A stretch of 47,900 nucleotides of DNA from an uncultured Lachnospiraceae bacterium. Lineage in GTDB: Bacteria; Bacillota; Clostridia; Lachnospirales; Lachnospiraceae. Of the stretch, positions 15,023 to 25,800 are shown piece by piece. Made by a program: the position numbers and the translations under genes. The stretch lies in assembly GCA_910583815.1 (NCBI GenBank), contig CAJTZB010000001.1, positions 1 through 47,900 of the forward strand. The letters run 5' to 3'. The notes under the pieces were generated by a model, which ran no database searches, had not been told where the DNA came from, and saw only the letters and a list, made by a program, of their open reading frames with translations. Position 1 is the stretch's first letter; each line of letters begins with the position of its first letter.

Positions 15023-15058
15023 GTCAGGGTGTCAAAAAAACTTTTTTGACATCCTGAC
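15023..15058. terminator. 17-bp-stem hairpin between convergent genes (bidirectional terminator candidate); member of the GGGTGTCAAAA hairpin family
   Basis: GTCAGGGTGTCAAAAAA / TTTTTTGACATCCTGAC with one G-U pair. A/T runs flank the loop on both strands. Confidence 0.6.
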
Positions 15059-15114
15059 TTTTATAGCGGATTGAATGAAGGGCTTCGTCTGTTTTTCAAT
15101 ATATGTAAACATCT

Positions 15115-15996
15115 TTATCTTACACCTACATTATCAGACGGCACTGCAGGTGTCGGTGTAGGGACAGGGCCGTCTACATACTGCCTGCCTTCGTGGTCTA
15201 ATTTATAGTTTTCTTTGTAAATCAGTTCAGATACTTTTACAAATTCATAGCCTTTTGCGCGTACGCCCATAATCAGCGCTTCTAGGGCTTCTTTTGTATA
15301 CTTGGCGCCGTTATGCATCAGGATAATGGAGCCGTTGCCAAGGTGTTTGTGGTCAACGACCGTATGTATAATAGATTCCTTGCCATAGTCTTTCCAGTCG
15401 AGGGAATCCACATCCCACTGGATAACATGATAGCCTAGTTCGTTGGCGGCTTCGATTACCGTGTCGTCATAGTCGCCAAACGGCGGGCGGAAAAGGGTCA
15501 TGTCAATGCCTGTCAGGTTTTTGATTTTATCGTGTGCTTTCTGAAGTTCCTCTTTGCACTGTTCTTTTGTCAGTGTGGACATCTGTTTGTGGTTTTCGCT
15601 GTGGTTTCCAATTTCATGCCCTTTGGAGAGAATTGTTTTTACGTCCTCCGGAAATTTTTCCATCCATCCCCCGGTAAAAAAGAACGTAGCTTTGACGTTC
15701 TGGCGTTCTAAAATTTCAAGCAGTGTGGAAGTGTCTTCGTTTCCCCATGCACCGTCAAATGTCAGCGCTACCTTTGGCTCTTCTGTTTTTACACAGTAAA
15801 TCGGCAGCTTTTTGGCATCCCGGAAAAAGGAGGAGTCAGACATCACGCTTTCCACTAAAGAGGAATCGCTGAGTTTGGCGCTGAGTGCACCGCCTGAAAA
15901 ATATTCTACGGCAATGGCAACAAGTAAGATGGCGGACATCACAAACAGTCCGATTTTGACAAAACGGCCGATTTTCTCTTGTTTTTCTTCGTTCAT
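15115..15996 (-). CDS. polysaccharide deacetylase (NodB homology domain) with N-terminal membrane anchor
   Basis: VALTFDGAWGNEDT...FFFTGGW...GHEIGNHSENH...FRPPFGDYD...LMHNG are the classic CE4 motifs. A TM helix is visible at the N-terminus (IGLFVMSAILLVAIAV). Confidence 0.85.
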   Translation of the reverse strand: MNEEKQEKIGRFVKIGLFVMSAILLVAIAVEYFSGGALSAKLSDSSLVESVMSDSSFFRDAKKLPIYCVKTEEPKVALTFDGAWGNEDTSTLLEILERQNVKATFFFTGGWMEKFPEDVKTILSKGHEIGNHSENHKQMSTLTKEQCKEELQKAHDKIKNLTGIDMTLFRPPFGDYDDTVIEAANELGYHVIQWDVDSLDWKDYGKESIIHTVVDHKHLGNGSIILMHNGAKYTKEALEALIMGVRAKGYEFVKVSELIYKENYKLDHEGRQYVDGPVPTPTPAVPSDNVGVR

Positions 15997-16182
15997 AAAA
16001 AGAGCTTCTCCGGTCTTTTCATAATTACCAAAATATATGAATGAGGACAGGCAGGATATGCAGATTTGTACGAATCTGTTGACTTATTGCCGGATGTGTT
16101 GCATTATAAGAATAGCATTGGAATCGGATTGCCGCCGCCGGAATATCGGTGCTGCGGTGATTGGAAAAAAGGAGGAAGCAGA

Positions 16183-16965
16183 ATGGAACGGCTGCAGCTA
16201 AAAGATTCACCGATTGTATATTACATCAGTGGGAGGGAGCAGAAGGAATGGGTGCTGTTCCTGCATGCCGCTTTTGTCAGCCATGAGATGTTTGAAGAAC
16301 AGACGGAGTGCTTTAAGAATAGGTACAATGTGCTGGCGGTTGATATTATCGGGCATGGACAGTCTGTAAATACGAAAAAGGGTGACAGTATAGATAGAAT
16401 GTCAGCATGGATCCATGATATTATAAAAGCTGAAAATATTGAAACAATACATATTGTTGGTATTTCTTTGGGTGCGGTTCTGGCACAGGATTTTGCCAAT
16501 CATTATCCGGAAAATGTAAAATCACTTGCCTGCTTCGGAGGCTATGACATCAACAATTTTGATAAGGCAATGCAGAAGGAAAACGGAGCAGCGCAGATGC
16601 TTATGATGTTAAAGGCAATATGTTCCGTTAAGTGGTTTGCAAAGGCAAATAAGAAAATATCGGCGTATACGCCAAAGGCACAGGATTTGTTTTATGAAAT
16701 GAATGTCCGGTTTCCTAAAAAATCGTTTCGGTATTTAGCATCCTTAAACAGTCTGGTCAATGCGCACCAGACCGGTCAGAGGGCTTATCCCCTTCTTATC
16801 GGCTGTGGCAGCCACGATATGCCGATGGAGCTGGAGGCAGTCAGGCAGTGGAAAAACAGGGAGCCGGACTGTGTGGTAAAAATTTTTGAGCACGCAGGGC
16901 ATTGCGTCAATCTGGATGTGCCGCAGGAGTTTCATAAGGTAATGGAAGAGTTCTGGAGCGCTTGA
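16183..16965 (+). CDS. alpha/beta-fold hydrolase
   Basis: HIVGISLGAVLAQ (G-x-S-x-G nucleophile elbow), C-terminal HAGHCVNLDVPQEF. AAAGGAGG precedes ATG 16183. Confidence 0.8.
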   Translation: MERLQLKDSPIVYYISGREQKEWVLFLHAAFVSHEMFEEQTECFKNRYNVLAVDIIGHGQSVNTKKGDSIDRMSAWIHDIIKAENIETIHIVGISLGAVLAQDFANHYPENVKSLACFGGYDINNFDKAMQKENGAAQMLMMLKAICSVKWFAKANKKISAYTPKAQDLFYEMNVRFPKKSFRYLASLNSLVNAHQTGQRAYPLLIGCGSHDMPMELEAVRQWKNREPDCVVKIFEHAGHCVNLDVPQEFHKVMEEFWSA

Positions 16966-16994
16966 AAAATGATATGCAGAAAGGTGGTCTTTTG

Positions 16995-17345
16995 ATGTAT
17001 CAAGGCGATATTGTACTCTGTGGGAGCAATGCCTATGAGAAAAAATTCTATTTAAGCGAGGACTTTGAGGCGCTTCCGCAGGCAATTAAGGATGAATTGA
17101 AGATTATGTGTGTACTCTATACAGAGGACGTTGGAGGTGTACTGACGCTTTCTTATGAAGAGGATGGAACGCTGTTGGTCCATGTAGAAGCAGATGAGGG
17201 AGATTTACTGTTTGACGAGATTGGCAGTGTGTTAAAAATCAAGCAGCTGCAGGAAGAGAAAAAGGAACTGCTAGAAGCACTGGAACTTTATTATAAAGTG
17301 TTTTTCTTAAATGAGGATGCTTCGGAATTGCTTGCTGAAACGTAG
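16995..17345 (+). CDS. hypothetical small acidic protein
   Basis: ORF with AAAGGTGG RBS 7 nt upstream. I recognise no motif. Confidence 0.5.
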   Translation: MYQGDIVLCGSNAYEKKFYLSEDFEALPQAIKDELKIMCVLYTEDVGGVLTLSYEEDGTLLVHVEADEGDLLFDEIGSVLKIKQLQEEKKELLEALELYYKVFFLNEDASELLAET

Positions 17346-17356
17346 GAGGAAGAAGA

Positions 17357-18136
17357 ATGCTGCTTGCAGTAGATGTAGGAAATACCAATATTACATGTGC
17401 GGTATTAAATGGCGAAGAATTTGTGACAAGCTTTCGGATGACGACAAAACTGCCGCGTACTTCGGATGAATTTGGGATTCTGATTTGTGATATTTTAAAA
17501 AACAGGGAAATCGCATTGAAAAAAATAGAGGCGGTAATTGTTGCATCGGTTGTGCCGGGTATTATGTATTCACTGACAAGCGGAATTATCAAGTATCTTG
17601 GAATCCGCCCGATGATTGTTGGGGAAGGGACGAAAACGGGAATACGGATCGATGCCATCAATCCGAAGGAAATAGGGGCGGACCGTATTGTGGATGCGGT
17701 CGCAGCATATCACTTGCATGGAGGGCCTGTGATTGTCATTGATTTTGGAACGGCGACAACATATGACCTGATTACGAAGGATGGTGCATTCACGGCAGGA
17801 ATCACAAGCCCAGGGCTTCGGATTTCGGCAAATGCACTCTGGAATGACACGGCAAAGCTGCCGGAAATCCAAATTGAAAAACCTGCTTCGATTTTGGCAA
17901 AAGAAACAGTGACGAGCATGCAGGCGGGGCTTGTATATGGCTGCATCGGACAGACGGAATATATCGTGAAGAAAATCATAGAAGAGGCAAAGCTTACAGA
18001 TGTCAAAGTAGTGGCAACCGGAGGTCTTGGCAAACTGATTGCAGATTCTACAGACTGCATTCAGGTGTATGACCCGATGCTGACCATGAAAGGGCTCTGT
18101 ATGATTTATGAGAAGACAACCGGAAAGAAAATGTAG
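17357..18136 (+). CDS. coaX: type III pantothenate kinase
   Basis: [16 protein letters not shown]...[10 protein letters not shown]...GGLG, the ASKHA-fold CoaX signature. GGAGG RBS. Confidence 0.9.
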   Translation: MLLAVDVGNTNITCAVLNGEEFVTSFRMTTKLPRTSDEFGILICDILKNREIALKKIEAVIVASVVPGIMYSLTSGIIKYLGIRPMIVGEGTKTGIRIDAINPKEIGADRIVDAVAAYHLHGGPVIVIDFGTATTYDLITKDGAFTAGITSPGLRISANALWNDTAKLPEIQIEKPASILAKETVTSMQAGLVYGCIGQTEYIVKKIIEEAKLTDVKVVATGGLGKLIADSTDCIQVYDPMLTMKGLCMIYEKTTGKKM

Positions 18137-18142
18137 AAAAGC

Positions 18143-19156
18143 ATGGAAAATGGAAAAACAGGAAATGAAATAATGGAAGAAGGCTTCTGGATTGGCAACA
18201 TAAAAATTCCTGGCAGGATAGTGCTTGGGCCAATGGCAGGAGTGACGGATTTGCCGTTTCGTATGCTCTGCAAAGAATATGGAGCCGACCTGATTTATAC
18301 GGAAATGGTCAGCGCCAAAGGGATTTTATATAACAATAAAAATACAGAAGAACTGCTTACCGTAGAGACAGCAGAGCGTCCGGTGGCATTGCAGCTGTTT
18401 GGAGAGGATCCTCAGATTATGAGCGAGGCAGCCAAGCGGATTGAACATCGGAACTTTGATATTCTTGATATCAACATGGGCTGCCCTGTGCCAAAAGTCG
18501 TAAATAATGGAGAAGGTTCGGCACTTATGAAGCAGCCGGAGCGTATCGGGGAGATTGTTTCTGCAATATCAAAAGCAATTCATAAGCCGGTCACTGTCAA
18601 GATACGGAAAGGATTTGGCGAGCAGGATGCAAATGCGCCGCTTGTAGCTAAAATTGCAGAGGATGCGGGTGCAGCTGCGGTTGCAGTACATGGAAGGACA
18701 AGGGTGCAGTATTATAGCGGGAAAGCGGACTGGGATATTATCAGACAGGTGAAAGAGGTGGTGAGTATTCCTGTCATTGGGAACGGAGATGTGTTCACGC
18801 CAGAGGATGCGGCACGTATGATAGAGGAAACAGGATGTGACGGTGTGATGGCTGCACGCGGGGCAAGAGGGAATCCTTGGCTGTTTGCGCAGATGAAAGC
18901 GTATCTTTCCGGAAACAGGATGCCTGAAAAACCGCCGCTTTCTGAAGTTGTAGCGATGATATTGCGGCATGCCGATTTGGAGATTGCTTATAAAGGCGAG
19001 TTTACGGCGATTCGCGAAATGCGCAAACATACTGCATGGTATGTAGCGGGGTATCCCGGCGCCACGAAGCTTCGAGGAGCGGTGAATGAAGTAACTACAA
19101 GGAAAGAATTAGAAGAATTGTTATACAATTACTTAGAAAAAAGGTTGATTTTTTAA
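18143..19156 (+). CDS. dusB: tRNA-dihydrouridine synthase
   Basis: LGPMAGVTDLPFRMLC...DINMGCPVPKV...VKIRKG...AVHGRTR. The start could be the internal ATG 18173. Confidence 0.85.
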   Translation: MENGKTGNEIMEEGFWIGNIKIPGRIVLGPMAGVTDLPFRMLCKEYGADLIYTEMVSAKGILYNNKNTEELLTVETAERPVALQLFGEDPQIMSEAAKRIEHRNFDILDINMGCPVPKVVNNGEGSALMKQPERIGEIVSAISKAIHKPVTVKIRKGFGEQDANAPLVAKIAEDAGAAAVAVHGRTRVQYYSGKADWDIIRQVKEVVSIPVIGNGDVFTPEDAARMIEETGCDGVMAARGARGNPWLFAQMKAYLSGNRMPEKPPLSEVVAMILRHADLEIAYKGEFTAIREMRKHTAWYVAGYPGATKLRGAVNEVTTRKELEELLYNYLEKRLIF

Positions 19157-19267
19157 TAAAGAGAGTGTAGTATAAAAACAAATGTGCGCGTGAGAAACAC
19201 AGGTCGGTGTCCGCATGGCGTCTGGCAGGCCTGACAAGCACAAAAGCCATGCAGAAAGGGAGAGAAA

Positions 19268-20353
19268 ATGAGCAGTAAACTAAGAGTAGGAATTTTAGGT
19301 GCAACCGGAATGGTAGGGCAGAGATTTATTTCTCTGTTGGAAAACCATCCGTGGTTTGAAGTGACAACTGTAGCAGCAAGCCCAAGAAGTGCAGGAAAAA
19401 CATACGAGGAGGCAGTGGGCGGCCGCTGGAAGATGACAACACCAATGCCGGAGGCCGTAAAGAACCTGATTGTATACAATGTAAATGAGGTAGGGCAGGT
19501 TGCAGCAGAAGTCGATTTTGTATTCAGTGCAGTTGATATGACGAAAGAGGAAATCAAGGCAATTGAAGAAGCCTATGCAAGGGCTGAGGTTCCTGTGGTA
19601 TCAAATAACAGTGCGCACCGTTGGACGCCGGATGTTCCGATGGTAGTGCCGGAACTGAACCCGGAACACCTTGAAGTGATTGCATATCAGAAAAAGCGCC
19701 TTGGCACACAGAAAGGATTTATTGTTGTAAAGCCAAATTGTTCCATTCAGAGCTATACACCAATGCTGCATGCGCTTCGTGAGTATGAGCCAACGGTTGT
19801 CGTAGCAACAACCTATCAGGCAATTTCCGGTGCAGGAAAGACATTTAAAGAGTGGCCGGAAATGGAAGACAATATTATTCCATACATTGGCGGAGAAGAA
19901 GAAAAGAGTGAGCAGGAGCCACTGCGCATCTGGGGCAGCGTAGAAGATGGCATAATCAAAAAAGCAGAAGCGCCTGTAATTACAACACAGTGTATCCGCG
20001 TTCCGGTTTCGGACGGACATACGGCGGCAGTGTTTGTGTCCTTCCGGAAGAAACCAACAAAGGAACAGATTTTAAAGGCATGGAAGGAATTTGAGGGACT
20101 TCCTCAAACGTTGAAGCTGCCAAGCGCGCCAGAGCAGTTTATTACTTATTTTGAAGAAGAAAACCGCCCGCAGGTAAAACTGGACCGCGACAAAGAAAAG
20201 GGAATGGGTGTCTTTGCAGGACGTCTGAGAGAAGACACGGTATATGATTATAAGTTTGTTGGCATGTCCCATAACACAAAACGCGGAGCTGCAGGAGGCG
20301 CAGTACTGATTGCAGAACTTTTAAAGGCACAAGGGTATCTGGTGGCAAAATAA
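19268..20353 (+). CDS. asd: aspartate-semialdehyde dehydrogenase
   Basis: LRVGILGATGMVGQRFISLL...KPNCSIQ (active-site Cys)...SHNTKRGAAGGAV. Confidence 0.9.
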   Translation: MSSKLRVGILGATGMVGQRFISLLENHPWFEVTTVAASPRSAGKTYEEAVGGRWKMTTPMPEAVKNLIVYNVNEVGQVAAEVDFVFSAVDMTKEEIKAIEEAYARAEVPVVSNNSAHRWTPDVPMVVPELNPEHLEVIAYQKKRLGTQKGFIVVKPNCSIQSYTPMLHALREYEPTVVVATTYQAISGAGKTFKEWPEMEDNIIPYIGGEEEKSEQEPLRIWGSVEDGIIKKAEAPVITTQCIRVPVSDGHTAAVFVSFRKKPTKEQILKAWKEFEGLPQTLKLPSAPEQFITYFEEENRPQVKLDRDKEKGMGVFAGRLREDTVYDYKFVGMSHNTKRGAAGGAVLIAELLKAQGYLVAK

Positions 20354-20368
20354 GAAATGTTCAAAACA

Positions 20369-20399
20369 GCAGCAGCTCTGACATTGGAAGAGCTGCTGC
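20369..20399 (+). terminator. hairpin downstream of asd (weak terminator candidate, no clear U tract)
   Basis: GCAGCAGCTCT (20369-20379) pairs with AGAGCTGCTGC (20389-20399). Confidence 0.35.
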
Positions 20400-20422
20400 A
20401 GAACTTAGAGTAGGAGAGAAAA

Positions 20423-21100
20423 ATGAGATATGAAATTAAAGGGACGCCGCTTCCGGTAGTAATTTGCAATTTGGAGCAGGGAGAGAAGATGATTACGGAA
20501 AGTGGCTCTATGAGCTTTATGACACCAAACATGCAGATGGAGACGGAAGCAGGTGGCATCGGAAAGGCATTTGGAAGGATGTTTTCCGGAGATTCCATGT
20601 TCCGTAATATTTATACGGCACAGAACGGTGAAGGAACGATTGCGTTTGCATCAAGCTTTCCAGGGTCGATTATTCCGTTTGAAATCTCATCCGGTAAAGA
20701 AATCATTGTGCAGAAATCCGGATTTTTGGCATCGGAAATGAGTGTGGAATTAAGCGTACATATCCAAAAAAAGCTGGGTACCGGATTTTTTGGAGGCGAA
20801 GGTTTTATTATGCAGAGGCTGTCCGGACATGGAACTGCGTTTGTTGAAATTGATGGTGCCGTGTTGGAGTACGAACTTGCCTCTGGTCAGAGTATGGTAA
20901 TTGACACCGGCTATCTGGCGGCAATGGAAGCCACCTGTTCTATGGAGATTAAGCAGGTGCCGGGCTTAAAGAATAAGCTGTTTGGCGGTGAGGGGCTGTT
21001 TAATACGGTTATTTCAGGGCCGGGAAGAATCTGGATTCAGACGATGCCAATCAATAAAGTGGCAGGTGCGCTTGCTATGTGTCTGCCATCCGGTAGCTGA
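20423..21100 (+). CDS. TIGR00266/AIM24-family protein
   Basis: MRYEIKGTPLPVVICNLEQGEKMITESGSMSFM...FGGEGFIMQRLSGHGTAFVE...LFGGEGLFNTVISGPGRIWIQT. Confidence 0.75.
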   Translation: MRYEIKGTPLPVVICNLEQGEKMITESGSMSFMTPNMQMETEAGGIGKAFGRMFSGDSMFRNIYTAQNGEGTIAFASSFPGSIIPFEISSGKEIIVQKSGFLASEMSVELSVHIQKKLGTGFFGGEGFIMQRLSGHGTAFVEIDGAVLEYELASGQSMVIDTGYLAAMEATCSMEIKQVPGLKNKLFGGEGLFNTVISGPGRIWIQTMPINKVAGALAMCLPSGS

Positions 21101-21136
21101 CGGCATAAGAACCAAAGCGGGAAAAGAGGACAAAGG

Positions 21137-22414
21137 ATGGTACGAGGAGATATTGTCTATCGGACTTATATTCGCATTTTGGAAGAAGAACTGGTGCCTG
21201 CAATGGGCTGTACAGAGCCGATTGCGATTGCCTATTGCGCGGCCAAAGCAAGAGATGTGCTTGGGGCATTTCCTGACAGGATTGAGCTTTTGGTCAGCGG
21301 AAATATCATTAAAAATGTAAAAAGTGTTGTTGTCCCGAATACCAATGGACTAAAAGGAATAGAAGCAGCCGTAGGGGCAGGAATCGTTGGGGGACGCGCA
21401 GAGAAAGTGCTGGAAGTCCTTGCGGAGATGACAGATGCACAGAAAGCAGAAATCCCTGTGTTTCTGGCGGACTGCCCGATTATAATAAAGCCATCAGAAT
21501 GTGAACATGCATTGGATATCCATATGACGCTTTTTAGAGGGGAACACAGTGCTTCTGTCAGAATCAGCGGATTCCACACAAATATTGTTTTGATAAAAAA
21601 GGATGGGGAAATTCTTTATGCGGCAGGAGAGACGCAAGGAGAAGAGGAGAACAATCCTACGGACCGGACCCTTCTGACAATTGAGGGCATTGTAGAGTTT
21701 GCCGGCATTCTGGAGACGGAAGACGTTGCAGAGCTTTTGGAACGCCAGATTTCTTATAATATGAAAATTGCCAAGGAAGGAATAGAACATTCTTGGGGAG
21801 CAAATGTCGGGAGTGTTCTTTTAAAGCAGAGGGATGATATCCGCACAAGGGCAAGGGCATTTGCTGCCGCCGGTTCCGATGCACGTATGAGCGGCTGCGA
21901 ACTTCCGGTAGTCATCAATTCCGGAAGCGGAAATCAGGGAATGACAGCTTCGGTTCCCGTTATTATCTATGCACAGGAATTGGGGAAAACAAAGGAAGAA
22001 CTGTATCGTGCACTGACACTTTCCAACCTGATTACGATTCATCAGAAGTCCGGAATCGGCAGGCTGTCGGCATATTGCGGCGCTATCAGTGCAGGCTGCG
22101 GGGCAGGATGCGGGATTGCATATCTGCAAGGCGGCGACTACAGGGCAATTGCGCACACGTTGGTCAATTCGCTTGCGATTGTTTCCGGCATTGTCTGTGA
22201 CGGCGCAAAGGCATCCTGCGCAGCAAAGATTGCTTCCGCCGTGGATGCAGGAATTTTCGGGTATGAGATGTATCTTGCAGGCGAGCAGTTCCACGGTGGG
22301 GACGGCCTTGTTTCAAAGGGTGTGGAAAATACGCTGCAAAATATCAGCCGGCTTGGAAAAATCGGAATGAAGGAAACAGACAAAGAAATCATACGGATTA
22401 TGACAGGGTGTTAA
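21137..22414 (+). CDS. UPF0597 / L-cysteine desulfidase-like (serine dehydratase alpha-like) family protein
   Basis: ILEEELVPAMGCTEPIAIAYCAAKA...NSGSGNQGMT...GIVCDGAKASCAAK. Confidence 0.75.
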   Translation: MVRGDIVYRTYIRILEEELVPAMGCTEPIAIAYCAAKARDVLGAFPDRIELLVSGNIIKNVKSVVVPNTNGLKGIEAAVGAGIVGGRAEKVLEVLAEMTDAQKAEIPVFLADCPIIIKPSECEHALDIHMTLFRGEHSASVRISGFHTNIVLIKKDGEILYAAGETQGEEENNPTDRTLLTIEGIVEFAGILETEDVAELLERQISYNMKIAKEGIEHSWGANVGSVLLKQRDDIRTRARAFAAAGSDARMSGCELPVVINSGSGNQGMTASVPVIIYAQELGKTKEELYRALTLSNLITIHQKSGIGRLSAYCGAISAGCGAGCGIAYLQGGDYRAIAHTLVNSLAIVSGIVCDGAKASCAAKIASAVDAGIFGYEMYLAGEQFHGGDGLVSKGVENTLQNISRLGKIGMKETDKEIIRIMTGC

Positions 22415-22447
22415 ATATCTGTTCTGTGAATTTTATAATATTATGCG

Positions 22448-22487
22448 AAGGAAGCGCTGATTTAGTCAACGCTTCCTTTGTGTTTTT
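22448..22487 (+). terminator. rho-independent terminator
   Basis: AAGGAAGCG (22448-22456) pairs with CGCTTCCTT (22470-22478), followed by TGTGTTTTT. Confidence 0.6.
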
Positions 22488-22640
22488 ACATCCGAATCTT
22501 TCTGCAGAAACAAGAATAAATTTCTGGCTTGTCTCATATAGTAGAATACCGTTATTTGATAAGGCGTCTTTTATTAAGTAGCGGCAGCTATGCCGGAGGA
22601 AGTTCCCTTTGGCATAGGATAGAGGAGGGAAAGCCAGAAG

Positions 22641-24911
22641 ATGTACCGGATTAGGAATAAATATAAGTTTATTATCAGTATTGTCCTGCTGCTTGGATTG
22701 GCGCTGCTGTTGATTTTACGTGGCAAAAGAGAAGAAGAGCAGGGAGAAGGAGTTTTCTGGAAGGACGGAAAAGAGCGGCTTACCGCTTTCTTAAAGCAGC
22801 TTCCTGCATCAGAAATGCAGTCTTTAGAACAGAGAATGCAGGAGAGAGAAGAGCAAAGGCTTTCTTATGATGACTTTATGAAGCTTGCAGAGCTGTTTGC
22901 AGAGCAAAAACTGATCAAAGGGGAGGCACTGTTTTCGCTGGAGCAAAAGCTGTCTGTATGGAGCAAAGAAGAGGATTATGTGGATGAAGAAACTCTAAGC
23001 GAGTACTATGTCCTTTTGGCGGAACACTCTTTGATACCAGAGAATATCGGATGCTATGATGTATTTTGGTTTGGAGAAAAGGGAGAGCAGCCGGACTATA
23101 GCAGCATGGAAACAAGCGAAGGTGTTTTGTATGCAAAACAGAAATTTGAAAAATTAAAGAAAGGATATTCTTATTCGGTTATTTTAGAGGGGAATCTTGT
23201 TACGGAAGTATTGGGCTATGCAAATGGCAAGGTAACGCTTAGCAACGCATGGCTGATAGAAGCAGAAGACAATAAACTTACTGTATTTTATAAAGGAATC
23301 ACAGCATTGCTTTTGCTGGAACGCCCGCTTGCCATGAAGCTTTCTGGGCTTGTTGCAGATGTAACAGTCTCTGGGGAGTATGTGGCAGGGCTTGCAGTGA
23401 AAAATAACGTGATTACGGCGAAAGTACTTCGGACGGATAAAAACGGTGTGGAACTGGAAGGTTATGGAATGCTTCCTTTTGAGGAGGATTTCAAAATTTA
23501 TAAAATATATGAAGAACTGGAAGAAGAACAGACAGCGTCTATTCTGGTCGGCTATACTTCTGCAAGTTTTGCGGTCAGCGGAAATAAAATAAGTGCTGCG
23601 CTGATTACAGAGCCTGTACAGATTACGAATATCCGGGTACTGATACAGAATTCTTCATATGGAGGATACTTCCATGAATCGCTTCAGGTGAGTTCAGAAT
23701 GTCGCTTTTATGTAAGTGACAGCAGCGGCTCCATGACATGGCACGAAGCAGGAGAGACGGTTGTTATAACAAAAGAGGAAGTAGGGGCAGCGGCAGGCAG
23801 GCTTTACATTGGAACGGAAAAGGAAAGCGGAAGGCTGAAGCTGTTAAATGTAAAAAGGGCAGTAGGAACTCCGTCATATCGTGGGACGATGGAGGTTGCA
23901 CTGTTTGACGGAGGCCTGGTTCTAATTAATGAACTTTCTATGGAGGAATATCTGTATGGAGTGCTGCCGAGCGAAATGCCGTCTTCTTTTGGGATGGAAG
24001 CATTAAAAGCGCAGGCAGTCTGTGCGAGGAGCTATGCCTGCAATCAGCTGATGGCAAACCGCTTTCGTCAGTATGGGGCGCATGTGGATGACAGCATGGT
24101 ATCGCAAGTCTACATGAATTATGGGGAAAATGAGGATGCCATTTTTGCAGTAAAAGATACATTTGGAAAAATCATGACTTATGAAGGAAAGTGCATTACT
24201 GCATATTATTTTTCCTGCTCCTATGGGCATACCTCGGACAGTGCGGATGTCTGGGGGACGGAAAGCGGAACCGGCTATCTGAGCGGAAGCTGCCAGACAA
24301 CAGAAGGAGGCAGGCTGGAACTTAAGACAGAGAAGGAGTTTGAAAGCTTTTTCTATAGCGACAGGAACTGGTATGATGCACAGGCGGTCTGGTTTCGCTG
24401 GAAAACGATAATGGAAGCAGGGATGGAAGAGATTTTATATGAGAGGCTAAAAGAGCGGTATACTGCGGTTCCGGATATGGTGCTGACCAAAAAGACAGAG
24501 AAGGATGGGACAGAACATTATGTCAGTGAGGCGATAGAACCGCTTGGGAAATTAGAGGATATTGTAATATTGGAACGTGGAAACAGCGGAATTGTAACAA
24601 AACTGCTTTTGGTTGGAAGCAATAAGACTTATCTGATACAAAAGGAATACAATATACGAACGGTTCTTGCATCTCTGACAACAATTACACTTGCAGACGG
24701 AAGTACGTCATCGAATATGCCGTTGCTGCCAAGTGCCTATATCCGGATTTCAAAACAGGAAGATGGTTTTCTGATTGAAGGCGGAGGCTATGGGCATGGT
24801 GTAGGCATGAGCCAGTATGGTGCAAAGGCAATGGCAGCGCAGGGGAATACATTTGAGAAAATCCTTGGGCATTTTTATCCGGGGACAGAGCTGACATACC
24901 TGTACCAATAA
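22641..24911 (+). CDS. SpoIID/LytB domain protein with N-terminal membrane anchor
   Basis: MEEYLYGVLPSEMPSSFGMEALKAQAVCARSYA...YFSCSYGHTS...GGGYGHGVGMSQYGA. GAGGAGGG RBS. Confidence 0.8.
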   Translation: MYRIRNKYKFIISIVLLLGLALLLILRGKREEEQGEGVFWKDGKERLTAFLKQLPASEMQSLEQRMQEREEQRLSYDDFMKLAELFAEQKLIKGEALFSLEQKLSVWSKEEDYVDEETLSEYYVLLAEHSLIPENIGCYDVFWFGEKGEQPDYSSMETSEGVLYAKQKFEKLKKGYSYSVILEGNLVTEVLGYANGKVTLSNAWLIEAEDNKLTVFYKGITALLLLERPLAMKLSGLVADVTVSGEYVAGLAVKNNVITAKVLRTDKNGVELEGYGMLPFEEDFKIYKIYEELEEEQTASILVGYTSASFAVSGNKISAALITEPVQITNIRVLIQNSSYGGYFHESLQVSSECRFYVSDSSGSMTWHEAGETVVITKEEVGAAAGRLYIGTEKESGRLKLLNVKRAVGTPSYRGTMEVALFDGGLVLINELSMEEYLYGVLPSEMPSSFGMEALKAQAVCARSYACNQLMANRFRQYGAHVDDSMVSQVYMNYGENEDAIFAVKDTFGKIMTYEGKCITAYYFSCSYGHTSDSADVWGTESGTGYLSGSCQTTEGGRLELKTEKEFESFFYSDRNWYDAQAVWFRWKTIMEAGMEEILYERLKERYTAVPDMVLTKKTEKDGTEHYVSEAIEPLGKLEDIVILERGNSGIVTKLLLVGSNKTYLIQKEYNIRTVLASLTTITLADGSTSSNMPLLPSAYIRISKQEDGFLIEGGGYGHGVGMSQYGAKAMAAQGNTFEKILGHFYPGTELTYLYQ

Positions 24912-24915
24912 TATG

Positions 24916-25800
24916 TCAGCCTTGGTTTTCCGGCTCTTCTTCCGGTTTCTTTTTGCGGGAGAACAGATGCCTCGTTGCATTGCGCACCTTTGGGTGAGAC
25001 AGCACGGTGTTGACTTCGGCACCGATAAACAGGATGTACATACAGGAATAGAGCCAAAGCATGCAAAGGACAATGGCAGTAAGGCTTCCGTAAGTATAAG
25101 AATAGTTGCCCATATGGTCGATATAATAAGAAAACAGGTAAGAGAAACCAAGCCATCCCCCTGCTGACAGGATGGCTCCTGGCAGTTCAGAAAGGATACG
25201 TGATTTTCTGTTTGGAACAAATAAATAGAGCAGCAGGAAAAACAAAGTCAGCACGGACATCGTAATTAAAGAACGAGCATTCATAAGCAACAGCGTAAGA
25301 TCGCTTAAAAACGGAAGTTTTGCAAGAATCAGATGATAAAGCTGGTTCCCAAAAACAAGCAGAATCAGGCTTACAATCAGAAGCAGTGCAAAACAGAGTG
25401 TATAGAGGACGGAAACTGCACGAAGATGAAGATAATTTCTTGTTTCCCTGTGCCGGTATACCACGTTTAACCCACGGGAAAGAGCAAGCAGTCCGCGAGA
25501 GGCAGACCAGAGAGCTGCAATCACAGTAAAAGAAAGCAAAGTACCAGAGGATTTTTCAGAAAGCTCAGAAATAATTGCTCTGATAAACGAATCAATGGCG
25601 TCCGGAAACAGATCCATTGACAAAGTGTAGAGCTGGTCTGAAGAAAAAGGCAGGTAGTGGAGCAGTGTCAGCAAAAACATGACAAACGGAAAAAAGGACA
25701 GTATGATGAAAAATGCAGCCTGGGCAGCAAATGCAGAGATGGAATCATCTCGTAATTTTGCTGAAAAGGCATTTATCATACGGTAGCAGGATAATATCAT
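24916..25800 (-). CDS. YihY/BrkB-family integral membrane protein
   Basis: DDSISAFAAQAAFFIILSFFPFVMFLL...SYGSLTAIVLCMLWLYSCMYILFIGAEVN. Confidence 0.8.
   Translation of the reverse strand: MILSCYRMINAFSAKLRDDSISAFAAQAAFFIILSFFPFVMFLLTLLHYLPFSSDQLYTLSMDLFPDAIDSFIRAIISELSEKSSGTLLSFTVIAALWSASRGLLALSRGLNVVYRHRETRNYLHLRAVSVLYTLCFALLLIVSLILLVFGNQLYHLILAKLPFLSDLTLLLMNARSLITMSVLTLFFLLLYLFVPNRKSRILSELPGAILSAGGWLGFSYLFSYYIDHMGNYSYTYGSLTAIVLCMLWLYSCMYILFIGAEVNTVLSHPKVRNATRHLFSRKKKPEEEPENQG

Noticed and set aside
15808-15820. CTTTTTGGCATCC, a partial match to the MITE terminal repeat
   Set aside because: Only about 11 nt match, it lies inside the polysaccharide-deacetylase coding sequence, and there is no partner repeat. 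It is most likely coincidence.
19157-19267. 111-nt spacer upstream of asd with some pairing potential (GCATGGC...GCCATGC); considered as a riboswitch or asd-type leader
   Set aside because: It is too short for a lysine riboswitch. I recognise no conserved riboswitch core and there is no terminator or sequestering helix over the RBS. The evidence is insufficient without a covariance-model scan.
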